Part shown: in pieces, positions 31,896-41,883 of the stretch
Numbering within the stretch: position 1 is the stretch's first letter
How the letters are laid out: the number at the start of each line of letters is the position of its first letter
The notes under the pieces: model-generated
What the model was told of the DNA's origin: nothing
The model's input: the letters and a program-made list of their open reading frames with translations, nothing else
Database searches by the model: none
Assembly: GCA_046329575.1 (NCBI GenBank)
Contig: JAXLUJ010000006.1
Location: 166,121-230,120, forward strand
Origin: Chitinophagales bacterium
GTDB lineage: Bacteria > Bacteroidota > Bacteroidia > Chitinophagales > LD1
Length of the DNA: 64,000 nt
Direction: 5' to 3'
Made by a program: the position numbers and the translations under genes

Positions 31896-32017
31896 AAAAT
31901 TCAATTTACAATGAACAATACACAATGGACAATGGACAATGAACAATGAACAATGAACAATGAACAATGAATAATGAATAATGAATAATCGACAATGGAC
32001 AATTCAAAATTTAAAAT
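31896..32017. repeat. ACAATGA heptamer array (about 17 units), right arm of the 30.7-31.9 kb cassette
   Basis: 7-nt periodicity with variants ACAATGG, ATAATGA and ACAATAC. It is the reverse complement class of 30667-30704. Confidence 0.85.
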
Positions 32018-32109
32018 GCACGATAAACAAGGAGTGTGACTATTTGCAATACATGCTGAAGGATGGTAGTTCAACCAGGTATAAGAGAACGGAAAAACCT
32101 TCTAAATTC

Positions 32110-34533
32110 ATGATTATGTATAGAAAAAACTTTCACTCACTTGTTTTGCTTTTATACGTATGGATACCCCATGCATTGTTTTCGCAACAGGCTAACGATA
32201 CCATCAACGCACAACAGTTCAATGCTGCCTTTGCGGAAAAAGTATTTTTGGAAGAAGTAAATCGCTTTCGCAATTCCTCGGGAATCGACCCTTTAATTTC
32301 AGATGAAGCGCTTCAAAAATCTGCTAACGATCAGGCACAATATTGCCGTTACAATAACAAACTTACCTATACTCAGGAACGCAATACCGAAAAGGCTGAT
32401 GCCGTGAAACGCGCGCGGTACTTCAAGTCTAACGCTTTTTTAATAGGCGAATCGAACGCTATGGTGTTCGTTCGCCAACCGTTTACGCACCCGGTAACGC
32501 ATGCGCCTACCACGATCGAAACGTACAAGCAACTGGCACAATATCTGTTTTCTATTTGGTGGAAAAACAAAAACGATAACGGTCCAATTGCAGACGGCAC
32601 CTACGTTTCAACAGGTTTGGGATTCAGCTTTAGCGACAACGGTCATCTTCTTTTTGTAGTGCAATCGCTGGGCTCGGCATCTTATAAGCCGATGAAAAAT
32701 CGTTTGGTTTACAGCGATACTACTTTTGGCATTCACGATTATTCCGGGCGGTGTAAAGTGCCCGACGACAACAATTTTCTCGCTCACATTTTATCGAATT
32801 ATCTGGTAAGGCGGGATGATAGTCTGTTCATTTATTACATGGCCGAGCAGCGGTTCAAAAGACTCATTCAACGGCCCAACGACGGCATTGCCGTAGATTT
32901 ATTATTCAGCGATCAGTTCAGTTGCAAAGGCGAAAACAATTTACATCCGTCATCAGTATTCGACGGCTATTTGTTGCCTCCGGTATATCGCGATGATCTT
33001 ATCAAAAACGATGAATTTAAGGACGAACGGTTTTTGTCGTTTGTAGGTGTAATTCCGGCTGCTGTGGCCAACGCGCCCGATTTGCAGTTCAACACCTTAC
33101 TGATTCAAAACGGCAATTTGTGCCGGTATTCGTTTCCGGTAGAAGTGCTTTCCGATTTGATAGAAGATGTTTCCATTGCGCCGCAGTGGTGCGAAGAGCA
33201 GGGAACTATTAAAACCGGGAAAGCTGCTTTTGTAAAGGAATTTGAAATTCCATTTGAACGAAATGAAACCAATGCCGACAGTTTTTATTTTGAAAAGCTG
33301 GACCGATTGATTGATGTTTTCGGCACCAGCATTCATCATATCGAAATTACGGCATACAGTTCAGTAGAAGGCAAGGAGGCCATCAATTTAAGCTTGCAAA
33401 CCCAGCGCGCCGCCTTTTTGGAGAAGTATATTTCAGAACGTTTGCAGAAAAAGGTTCCCATTGCAAAAAAGGCGGAAGAAAACTGGAATTTGTTTTATGA
33501 GCAAGTGAAGGGAACGCCCTATGCGCGCGACTTTCAGGGCATGACTACGGAACAGATCCGCACTGCGGTAAACAGTTCGGAAAGTGCGGTAATTCAGCAT
33601 TGGCTCGATTTGCAGCGGCATTCCACCATTCGCATTTATGTTGAAAAGGAGTACAATCAATGGAGTCCGGCAGGAGATATGCCGTTAGTGCTTTACGATG
33701 CCCTGCAACGCAACGATACATCGCAGGCCCGGATTGCATACACTAAAATAATCAAGGCTGTAGAGCGTAATGAGATCAGGAAGTATTACCTCACTGCAGT
33801 TGAGGTGCCTTTAAAAGAAGCGTATTTGCCACTGATCAGCAATTACCTGGCTTCGATTATTGTAGAATCCGATGTTTTCAATTACAGCCATTTCAGCAGC
33901 GGGTATTTCGATTATATCGACAGCGCCCAAAGGCGTTTCCCTGATTTTGTGCCCTTGCTATTCAATCTGGAAATTTTCAAAATGCATTGTTATTTGCGCG
34001 GACTGGCGTATAACGAACGCCAAACGAATGAAGAGACTTTTAGAAGAATTTCTGCAGGATTATTGAAATTAAAGCAGACCGGGCTAATTGACACTGCTGT
34101 TATGAATGCGGCGTTTTACAATTATTATTTGACTGCCGCAGTTTACTACCGCAATATTTATAGGTATAAAGAAATGGGCGAATCGTTCGACAAGTTGAAA
34201 CCGTATTTGCCATTAAGCAAACTCAACGCAGCCGATGTATTTACGATCGGGAAGTTCTTCAACTATTTTTACCGGTTAGACATGACCATTGATTTGCTGG
34301 AGCGTTATGAAAAAATTTATCCTGACGATAAGGACCTCATCTATCTGTATGTGAGCAGTGGCGCGCTATTTATGATGGATGAAAGTTCCAGGAGCAAGAA
34401 ATACTATGAGAAACTGGATCAATTTTCGAAATATGATAAGAGCCGCTTCTGCGAATGGATTAATAGTAATTATCAACTGCTGCGTTATGAAAAAATGAAG
34501 GCATTGGCTTGTGGTGTTTGCGGCAGAAAATAG
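32110..34533 (+). CDS. Large secreted multi-domain protein (N-terminal CAP/SCP-like region; central OmpA-C-like signature; helical repeat C-terminus), function unknown
   Basis: I re-called the start to MIMYRKNFHSLVLLLYVWIPHALFSQQ (ATG at 32110), because the track start lies in the heptamer array. Signatures: EEVNRFRNSSGIDPLISDEALQKSANDQAQYC and IEITAYSSVEGKEAINLSLQTQRAAFLEKYI. Confidence 0.7.
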   Translation: MIMYRKNFHSLVLLLYVWIPHALFSQQANDTINAQQFNAAFAEKVFLEEVNRFRNSSGIDPLISDEALQKSANDQAQYCRYNNKLTYTQERNTEKADAVKRARYFKSNAFLIGESNAMVFVRQPFTHPVTHAPTTIETYKQLAQYLFSIWWKNKNDNGPIADGTYVSTGLGFSFSDNGHLLFVVQSLGSASYKPMKNRLVYSDTTFGIHDYSGRCKVPDDNNFLAHILSNYLVRRDDSLFIYYMAEQRFKRLIQRPNDGIAVDLLFSDQFSCKGENNLHPSSVFDGYLLPPVYRDDLIKNDEFKDERFLSFVGVIPAAVANAPDLQFNTLLIQNGNLCRYSFPVEVLSDLIEDVSIAPQWCEEQGTIKTGKAAFVKEFEIPFERNETNADSFYFEKLDRLIDVFGTSIHHIEITAYSSVEGKEAINLSLQTQRAAFLEKYISERLQKKVPIAKKAEENWNLFYEQVKGTPYARDFQGMTTEQIRTAVNSSESAVIQHWLDLQRHSTIRIYVEKEYNQWSPAGDMPLVLYDALQRNDTSQARIAYTKIIKAVERNEIRKYYLTAVEVPLKEAYLPLISNYLASIIVESDVFNYSHFSSGYFDYIDSAQRRFPDFVPLLFNLEIFKMHCYLRGLAYNERQTNEETFRRISAGLLKLKQTGLIDTAVMNAAFYNYYLTAAVYYRNIYRYKEMGESFDKLKPYLPLSKLNAADVFTIGKFFNYFYRLDMTIDLLERYEKIYPDDKDLIYLYVSSGALFMMDESSRSKKYYEKLDQFSKYDKSRFCEWINSNYQLLRYEKMKALACGVCGRK

Positions 34534-34545
34534 ACGGACCGGTTA

Positions 34546-34923
34546 AGGGAGAGGCAAGACACAAGATGCAAGACGCAAGAGGCAAGCCATGAGCCGATAG
34601 TTATGAGCTGCGAGCTACAACACACTCACGCTACCAATACACCGATACACGGATACACGTTTAGATGCAAGACGCAAGACACAAGACGCAAGTCGCAAGC
34701 TGTGAGCTGAGAGTTATGAGCTGTGAGCTTCAACACACTAACTCTACCAATACACCGATACACGGATACACGTTTAGATACAAGACGCAAGACACAAGAT
34801 GCAAGACGCAAGAGGCAAGCCATGAGCCGATAGTTATGAGCTGTGAGCTTCTACACACTCACCAAACTTACCAAACTCACCACACCTACCACACCTACCA
34901 CACCTACCACACCCACCATACCC
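34546..34923. repeat. Composite tandem array: three 113-bp units, each made of a GCAAGAC block, a TGAGCTN block and an ACACAC/ATACACGGATACACG block; the last unit ends in CACCTACCA 9-mers
   Basis: Unit starts are at 34554, 34667 and 34780. 34554-34610 is identical to 34787-34843 (57 nt), and 34631-34666 is identical to 34744-34779 (36 nt), by my reading. Confidence 0.9.
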
Positions 34924-34925
34924 TT

Positions 34926-36065
34926 TTACAAAGCCTTTCCGTACAACATTCTGAAATCGGCGCGACTTACCGGTTTTGGATTGTTAGGATGTGCGAAATC
35001 GGCAAAAGCTAGATCGGCCAACGTTTCCAGATGCTCCTCCTTCACATGAATATCGCGCAGGCGATGCGGAATGCCAATTCGAGAGTTCAAATCGAAAAGG
35101 TATTTCACTACAGCCGCGCCATGCTCTTCTTTCAGTTCAAGCGTGCGGGCTATCCTTTTAAACTTTTCTTCAAACCCTTCAATATTGTATTCCATGCCAT
35201 AAGGAATGTTTACCGCATTGGCCAAACCATGGTGTGTATCCAGCAAACTGGAAAGCGGATGCGCCAGAGAATGCACCACTCCTAAGCCTTTCTGAAATGC
35301 GATAGCGCCCATCATCGAAGCCAATAACATATTCGATCGCGATTCCACATCCGGTTGTTTCACAGCTTTTTCCAGCGAAATAGAAATCAGTCGAATTCCC
35401 TCCAATGCAATACCATCGCAAATCGGATGATAATTCTTCGCCAAAAATGCTTCCATGTTATGCGTCAACGCATCCATTCCCGTGGCAGCTGTGATAAATC
35501 CCGGCAAATCCATGGTGAGCATCGGATCGGCAAAAACGATTTTCGCCAATAATTTAGGCGAAAACAAAATCTTCTTTTGGTGCGTTTCATCATCGGCAAT
35601 AATGGCGCTTCTGCCTACTTCGCTACCTGTTCCCGAAGTGGTGGGAATAGTGATGAAATGCGGTACATCATTGGTTACATACACATCGCCACCAATCAGG
35701 TCGTCATATTTAAAAAGATCTTCGCGATGGTGCGTACGCAATACGATAGCGCGCGCCACATCCAAAGCGGCGCCCCCACCAATGCCAATTATACAATCGC
35801 TTCGATACTGATCAAAAGCATCTGTACCCTTATACACATCACTTTTAACGGGGTTTTTATGAATGTTTGAAAAAACTTCAACTCCTAAACCGGCGCTTTT
35901 CAAATCGCTGACAATTGCTTTCAGAAAAGGCAATTGTGCCACCGTAGGATCGGTAACGATCAGCGGATTTTTAAGTTGATTTTTCTTGAGATATTCCGGA
36001 AGTTCCTTTACCACACCTGCACCAAAACGTATGGTGGTGGGAAAATTAAATTGTGAGATCGCCAT
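34926..36065 (-). CDS. Iron-containing (group III) alcohol dehydrogenase
   Basis: 379 aa with GGGAALDVAR, TTSGTGSEV and His-rich metal site motifs (HNMEAF, HSLAHPL). Confidence 0.85.
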   Translation of the reverse strand: MAISQFNFPTTIRFGAGVVKELPEYLKKNQLKNPLIVTDPTVAQLPFLKAIVSDLKSAGLGVEVFSNIHKNPVKSDVYKGTDAFDQYRSDCIIGIGGGAALDVARAIVLRTHHREDLFKYDDLIGGDVYVTNDVPHFITIPTTSGTGSEVGRSAIIADDETHQKKILFSPKLLAKIVFADPMLTMDLPGFITAATGMDALTHNMEAFLAKNYHPICDGIALEGIRLISISLEKAVKQPDVESRSNMLLASMMGAIAFQKGLGVVHSLAHPLSSLLDTHHGLANAVNIPYGMEYNIEGFEEKFKRIARTLELKEEHGAAVVKYLFDLNSRIGIPHRLRDIHVKEEHLETLADLAFADFAHPNNPKPVSRADFRMLYGKAL

Positions 36066-36124
36066 GCGTCAAAATTAATTTTTTTCTTCCGAAGCCGGGC
36101 CGTTTCACTGATGAAAAAGCAGCA

Positions 36125-37483
36125 TTAAATGATCTCGAAATAGCGTTTCATTTCCCAATCGGTCACCGCCTTAGAAAACTGCCGCCACTCCCACTCCCGG
36201 GTTTGTGTAAAGTGCTGCACAAAAGTTTCTCCAAACAATTCTTTGGCAATTTTCGAATCGCGCATTTTCACCGTAGCCTCGTGCAGATTCTTTGGAAATT
36301 TTCCGTAGCGCTCTTCACGATAGCCATTGCCCAAAACCGCAGGCTGCTTCAGTTGCAATTTATGCTTCACACCATATAAACCTGCGGCCAAACAAGCCGC
36401 CATAGCCAGATAGGGATTACTGTCGCTACCTACCACTCTGGTTTCCAGCCGCGATGATTTGCTACCGCCAGGAAGCGCCCGTAAAGCCACCGTACGGTTA
36501 TCTACGCTCCAGGTGACCGTAGTGGGCGCCCACGCTCCTTCTACCAAACGTTTATAGGAATTTACCGTTGGCGCTACCATAGGTAAAATTTCGGGAAGGC
36601 AATAGAGTTGTCCGGCCAGATAGCTCCTGAACACCGCACTCATTTTGAGTGGATCTTTATCATCGTGAAAAAGGTTTTTCGAACCTTTTTTATCCCACAA
36701 ACTTTGGTGCACATGGCCGCTGCAACCGGGTAAATTTTCAGATATCTTGGCCATGAATGTGGCGATAATGCCATAATGATATCCAATTTCTTTAGCTGCG
36801 GTTTTGAACAACACAGCGCGGTCAGCAGCTTCCAGCGGTGCCGAATAGGTGATGGCCGCTTCATAAACTCCCGGACCGGTTTCGGTATGCAAACCTTCCA
36901 ATGGTATGCCGAAATTTTTCATTCCATCGAACAACGCATTGAAATAATCGTTGCGGTAAGTGCTGCGTAATATAGAATAGCCAAACATTCCCGGAGTGAG
37001 CGGTTGCAATTTTTGGAAGTTTTTTTCCTGAAGGCTCTGAGGGGTTTCTTCAAAATTGAACCATTCAAATTCCTGCGAAAAGCAAGTGGTGTAGCCGGCT
37101 TTATCGGCCTGAGCAATGATTTTTTTCAGCAATTGGCGCGGACAAATTTCAAGCGGTTGCTCCCCGCCTGAAATAAATTCGCCCAAAAAGAATGGCACAT
37201 CGTTTTCCCAAGGAATCTTGCGAAAAGTGGAAAGATCGATTCGAGCCTTGGCATCAGGATAACCACTGTGCCATCCGGTAAACGACGCATTATCGTAAGC
37301 TACATCGGCAGCGTCCCACCCAAAAACCACATCACAAAATCCAAAATCGGAATTCGCTACAGAAAGAAATTTTTCTGCGCTCATGTACTTTCCCCGCAGC
37401 ACGCCATCTATATCGGTAATGGCTACTTTTACTTTCCCCGATGGATGTTTGGCTACGTAATCCAGAATCTGTTTGGTTGTCAT
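36125..37483 (-). CDS. Glutamine synthetase-family gamma-glutamyl-amine ligase (PuuA/GlnA4-like)
   Basis: I re-called the start to MTTKQILDYV (ATG at 37483). GS beta-grasp N-terminus and catalytic domain (FEWFNFEE, PGCSGHVHQSLW, NSYKRLVEG, SRLETRVVGSDSNPYLA). Confidence 0.8.
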   Translation of the reverse strand: MTTKQILDYVAKHPSGKVKVAITDIDGVLRGKYMSAEKFLSVANSDFGFCDVVFGWDAADVAYDNASFTGWHSGYPDAKARIDLSTFRKIPWENDVPFFLGEFISGGEQPLEICPRQLLKKIIAQADKAGYTTCFSQEFEWFNFEETPQSLQEKNFQKLQPLTPGMFGYSILRSTYRNDYFNALFDGMKNFGIPLEGLHTETGPGVYEAAITYSAPLEAADRAVLFKTAAKEIGYHYGIIATFMAKISENLPGCSGHVHQSLWDKKGSKNLFHDDKDPLKMSAVFRSYLAGQLYCLPEILPMVAPTVNSYKRLVEGAWAPTTVTWSVDNRTVALRALPGGSKSSRLETRVVGSDSNPYLAMAACLAAGLYGVKHKLQLKQPAVLGNGYREERYGKFPKNLHEATVKMRDSKIAKELFGETFVQHFTQTREWEWRQFSKAVTDWEMKRYFEII

Positions 37484-37535
37484 ATCGCTAAGTTTCTTTT
37501 GCAAGTTCAGGAATCTAATTATGAAAATTGATGTA

Positions 37536-38834
37536 TTATTTAAACAACTTAAACACCACAAAACTCACGGCCAGCAATCCAAAGAAAAGCAACGCCAGAA
37601 AAGCGTTATACCAGGCCAAGGCAATTACGGCTACAACCGCAATACTAAGAGCAATTAATGGTAGAATAGGATAGAACGGCACCCTAAAAGGCCGTTCCAG
37701 ATCGGGTTCGGTACTGCGTAATTTGATTATAGAAAGACAGGAAAATATGTAGAGCAGCAGCGCACCAAACACGCTGAGTGTAATAATATCGCCGGTGCGT
37801 TTGGTGAATAGCGCTACAATGCCTATGGCCATATTGAACACCAGGGCGTAATGTGGCGTTTGAAAGCGAGGGTGCACTTTTCCCAGTTGGGATGGGAAAT
37901 GTTTGGTACGGCCAAACTCATAAGTGGCGCGGCCTGCAGCCAACAGCAATCCATTGAACGAGGCCAGAAAGCCAAACAGACCGATGCTTACCAGCAGATG
38001 ATACATTAAACCTCCCTCGCCGGTGATTTGCGCCAACGCCATGGGCAGTGGCGAATCACTTACGGCACCATTCTTATCATAAACAACTTTTTCCCAACCG
38101 CCGATTCCTACGGAAGCCGCAAACGTAATCGTAGCCAGAATTCCCAATGTGATCATACTATAAGCAAACCCTTTGGTGATATTTTTTTGCGGATCAATCG
38201 TCTCTTCTGCCACATTCGCCAATCCTTCCATTCCCAAAAAGAACCAGATTGCAAAAGGTATGGCGGCAAATATGCCCGGAATGCCATGTGGCAGCGGATT
38301 TTGCACGATATGCCGCCATTCAAAATGCGGTAAAGTGAGCGATGCATACAAGCTCAACTCCCCTACAGCAATAAGGGTAACCACCAGTTCCAGCATAGCG
38401 GAAAGGTGGACGCCAAGCACATTCACCGTAGTGAAAAAAAAGTAAGCGATTACCGCAAAATACAATTGATCAACAGCCGGAAAAAGCAAGTGAAAGTAAG
38501 CGCCAATGCCCAGCGCAATGGCCGGAGGGGCAAACACAAATTCGATCCACTGCGCCATACCTGCTATAAAACCTACATCTTTTCCAAAAGCCCGCGCGGC
38601 ATAGTCGAACGCGCCACCGGCCTTTGGTATGGCACAGGCCAGTTCAGAATACGAAAGTGAAAAAGTGATGTACATCACCAGAATAAAAAAAGTGGCAATG
38701 GCCAGGCCCAGCGTTCCGCCTTTATCAAGCCCAATATTCCAGCCGAAATACATGCCGCTGATTACATAGCCCACGCCCAGTCCCCACAACATGAGTGGAG
38801 TAAGCGTTCGTTTCAACCCCTGCGTTTCGCTCAT
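37536..38834 (-). CDS. APC-superfamily amine permease, ethanolamine-permease (EAT)-like
   Basis: 12-TM protein. The N-terminus LMLWGLGVGYVISGMYFGWNIGL...AIPKAGGAFDYA matches my memory of EAT-family permeases. Confidence 0.75.
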   Translation of the reverse strand: MSETQGLKRTLTPLMLWGLGVGYVISGMYFGWNIGLDKGGTLGLAIATFFILVMYITFSLSYSELACAIPKAGGAFDYAARAFGKDVGFIAGMAQWIEFVFAPPAIALGIGAYFHLLFPAVDQLYFAVIAYFFFTTVNVLGVHLSAMLELVVTLIAVGELSLYASLTLPHFEWRHIVQNPLPHGIPGIFAAIPFAIWFFLGMEGLANVAEETIDPQKNITKGFAYSMITLGILATITFAASVGIGGWEKVVYDKNGAVSDSPLPMALAQITGEGGLMYHLLVSIGLFGFLASFNGLLLAAGRATYEFGRTKHFPSQLGKVHPRFQTPHYALVFNMAIGIVALFTKRTGDIITLSVFGALLLYIFSCLSIIKLRSTEPDLERPFRVPFYPILPLIALSIAVVAVIALAWYNAFLALLFFGLLAVSFVVFKLFK

Positions 38835-38923
38835 GTAGTGAATGTAAAATTATTTTTTGCCGAATAGAGCGATGGCCGCACAGTTCATTAAACTTTCAAT
38901 TATATTCACCTTACGCAAATCAG

Positions 38924-40369
38924 ATGGAAATGGAAGCAACAATGGCACCGCCGGTACACACCAGCGCTAATACCGATATAAAAGAAGTGAAACGCCTGTA
39001 CGACCTGCAAAGGTCTAACCTGCAAAATCTGAAAAACGAACGGATAGCCGATCGGGTTTCTAAGATTGAAAAATTGCAAAAGGCAGTGCTGGCCAACCGC
39101 GAAAAAATTGAAAAGGCGCTGTATGATGATTTCCGCAAACCGGCAATTCACACTGCCTTCAGCGAAATTTATCCCGTTGTGGCCGACTGCCGGACCTATC
39201 GCGCCAATTTGCATCAATGGGCCGAACCGGAAGAAATTGATGTACCGCTGGTATTCACCGGAACAACAGCAAAACTGGTTTATGAACCCAAAGGCCATTG
39301 CCTCATCCTTTCGCCGTGGAATTACCCGTTCCAAATTCCGGTACGGGCCCTCATCAGCGCCGTTGCGGCCGGCAATGCGGTGTTGCTGAAACCATCGGAG
39401 TTTACACCACATACTGCCGAAATTTTAAAACTGATTCTAAAAGAAGTATTTTCTGAGAACGAGGTAGCAGTAATCACCGGCGATCTTTCGGTTTCTCAGG
39501 CCGTGCTGGATATGCGTTTCGATCATATCCACTTTACAGGAAGCCCGGCCATAGGAAAGCAGATCATGAAAAAAGCTGCCGAAACGCTTACCAGTGTTAC
39601 CCTCGAATTGGGTGGAAAATCGCCATTCATTATCGACGAAACCGCTAACCTGCAAAAGGCTGCGCGAAACATCGTTTTTAGCAAGTATATGAATAACGGC
39701 CAAACCTGCATTGCTGCCGATTACATTTTGGTGAAAGAAGAAGTGAAGGATGCATTTGTTACCGCCCTGCAAAAAGAAATCACCAAATCGTTTGGCGCCG
39801 ATCCTAAAACGTCGTCGGCTTATTGCCGTATGGTGAATGCCAAACACCATGCTCGTGTTGCAAAACTGATGGAAGATGCCATTCTGAAAGGCGCAAAAAT
39901 TGAAGCCGGCGGACAAACCGACATCGCAGAAAATTATATTGCACCAACCATTCTCACCAACGTAACAGCCGATATGCTGCTGATGCAGGAAGAAATTTTT
40001 GGTCCGGTGCTGCCGGTGCTCGGTTTCAAAACCATTGAAGAAGCCATAAACCTGGTTAACGCGGGCGAAAAACCTTTGGCGCTGTATATTTTCAGCAAGC
40101 GGAACAGCGCGCAGCAATATATCATTAACAACACTACGTCCGGAGCGGTTTGCATTAATGATTCTATGATTCAGAACAGCTATGCCGGTTTGCCGTTTGG
40201 CGGCGTCAACAATTCCGGAATTGGCAAAAGTTATGGCATTTGGGGCTTTAAAGATTTCAGTAACGAAAAACCGGTGGTGAAAGCCTACATTCCGCCTACT
40301 GATTTGCTAACCCCGCCCTACAATAAAATGAGCGAAACACTGGTGAACGCCATGCTTCGTTTTTTATAG
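38924..40369 (+). CDS. NAD(P)-dependent aldehyde dehydrogenase (class 3-like)
   Basis: FTGSPAIGKQIM, ELGGKSP, catalytic QTCIAADY, and EEIFGPVLPV. Confidence 0.9.
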   Translation: MEMEATMAPPVHTSANTDIKEVKRLYDLQRSNLQNLKNERIADRVSKIEKLQKAVLANREKIEKALYDDFRKPAIHTAFSEIYPVVADCRTYRANLHQWAEPEEIDVPLVFTGTTAKLVYEPKGHCLILSPWNYPFQIPVRALISAVAAGNAVLLKPSEFTPHTAEILKLILKEVFSENEVAVITGDLSVSQAVLDMRFDHIHFTGSPAIGKQIMKKAAETLTSVTLELGGKSPFIIDETANLQKAARNIVFSKYMNNGQTCIAADYILVKEEVKDAFVTALQKEITKSFGADPKTSSAYCRMVNAKHHARVAKLMEDAILKGAKIEAGGQTDIAENYIAPTILTNVTADMLLMQEEIFGPVLPVLGFKTIEEAINLVNAGEKPLALYIFSKRNSAQQYIINNTTSGAVCINDSMIQNSYAGLPFGGVNNSGIGKSYGIWGFKDFSNEKPVVKAYIPPTDLLTPPYNKMSETLVNAMLRFL

Positions 40370-40405
40370 AACGAAATTCCTATTATTACGAATTCAATTG
40401 ATTCG

Positions 40406-40858
40406 ATGAAAAATTTTGTTGCGATATTCTTTGTTCTTCTTGCATTGGCAGGGGCTACATCTTGTAAAAAGACGAGCGAGATGGCTATTTCAGAACCCAT
40501 TACTATTGTAACTCCTGATTCTAATTTCATCAGGCTGCTGCCCGGCCGCGATCAGCCGCTGGACATTCGTTTCACTACCGATCGTCCCATTCAATTTGTA
40601 AAAGGCATGTATGAAATCGACAGCGTAGAAATTCCCGGCCATGTTTATACGTTTCCTGATACGTTGTTCTACACTATTCTCGACTCGGTGGGCGTAACCA
40701 CCAAAGTGAACAAATACCAATACACCGGAACATTCCATGTGCCTGATACGCTTTTGGGCGAAGAAATTATTCGCTTCCGCATTAGCATGCAAGCTAAGAA
40801 CGATGCGGCTTCCAGCACCATCAACTATCAGAAGGAATTCAAGATTGGAGTAAAATAG
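40406..40858 (+). CDS. Hypothetical lipoprotein
   Basis: Lipobox LALAGATSCKK. I recognise no family. Confidence 0.65.
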   Translation: MKNFVAIFFVLLALAGATSCKKTSEMAISEPITIVTPDSNFIRLLPGRDQPLDIRFTTDRPIQFVKGMYEIDSVEIPGHVYTFPDTLFYTILDSVGVTTKVNKYQYTGTFHVPDTLLGEEIIRFRISMQAKNDAASSTINYQKEFKIGVK

Positions 40859-40956
40859 TTATAAGTTATAAGTGGAAAATTGAAAGTAAAATTGAAGTGG
40901 CTGAGATTTTGCCAATCGTCCATTTTACATTTTCAACTTTCAACTTTTAATTTAAT
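40859..40956. repeat. Self-contained heptamer-array hairpin (GTGGAAA/TTGAAAG arm, 19-nt loop, inverted arm)
   Basis: Left arm 40859-40900, loop 40901-40919, right arm 40920-40956. Confidence 0.75.
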
Positions 40957-41070
40957 GGCGGCACCCGCGCTCTACGTTCCAATCTTTTTGCGCGGCCACT
41001 GATTCATTACTTCCGAGGTTGCGGAATGCCGCGCAAAAAGGATTTCCACTTCGATCGCTGCCGCGGTTGG
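40957..41070. repeat. GC-rich interspersed element copy (reverse orientation)
   Basis: The reverse complement starts CCGCGGCAGCGATCGAAGTGG and ends AGCGCGGGTGCCGCC, like the 44139-44242 copy. The internal hairpin has a 13-bp perfect stem, CTTTTTGCGCGGC (40984-40996) / GCCGCGCAAAAAG (41028-41040). Confidence 0.7.
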
Positions 41071-41160
41071 TCACAAAACGGAAAGGTCAAATCACGCATA
41101 AAATCACCGGCATTTTCTTTTCCGGTTATTTCCATGAGAATTGCTACTTTTTCGCATTGA

Positions 41161-41883
41161 TTGAACATGGAAAAAAAGCTACGCATCGGCCTCACCTTTT
41201 CTGAAACGCGCTACGAAAATTATCCGAAATGGCTACTGGAAGATCCGCGGGTGGAACTGGTGGAACTGCATTGGAAAAATCACAATGATGATGAAATTTG
41301 GGAAGCCGTGGAAAGCTGCGATGGCCTGGTTTTGAGCGGCGGCGTGGATATTCACCCGCAATTTTACGACAATGAAAATCTCACCTTTCCCAATGGTGAT
41401 GGTAACTTCAACACCGAACGCGATGAATTTGAAATGCATGTTTTTGAAACGGCCCTCAATTTTCACTTGCCGGTGCTGGCCATTTGCAGAGGATTGCAAT
41501 TAGTGAACGTGGCCCTGGGCGGCGATTTAATTCAGGATCTGGAAGCGGCAGGCAAGAAAAACCACCGGAGGATAAACAACACCGATGATCGTCATGCCAT
41601 AACTATTGAAAACGAAAGTTTATTGTTGGCTATTGCAGGTTCACCAACAGGTGAAGTAAACGGCGCACATCATCAGGCTACCGGCCTTATAAGTGAAGAA
41701 CTCACCCCTACGGCATGGTCGGCCGATGGCGTAGTAGAAGCGCTGGAATGGAAGGACAAAGCCGGCGCAAACTGGCTGCTGGCGGTGCAATGGCATCCGG
41801 AACGCATGATGGATAAGGATTCCAATCCACTTTCCAAAAATATCAGAGAGGCCTTCTTAAATGAAGCGATGAAACATGAATAA
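41161..41883 (+). CDS. Gamma-glutamyl-amide hydrolase (peptidase C26 / class I glutamine amidotransferase, PuuD-like)
   Basis: LAICRGLQLVNVALGG (nucleophile Cys), and HHQA...VQWHPE. Confidence 0.8.
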   Translation: MNMEKKLRIGLTFSETRYENYPKWLLEDPRVELVELHWKNHNDDEIWEAVESCDGLVLSGGVDIHPQFYDNENLTFPNGDGNFNTERDEFEMHVFETALNFHLPVLAICRGLQLVNVALGGDLIQDLEAAGKKNHRRINNTDDRHAITIENESLLLAIAGSPTGEVNGAHHQATGLISEELTPTAWSADGVVEALEWKDKAGANWLLAVQWHPERMMDKDSNPLSKNIREAFLNEAMKHE

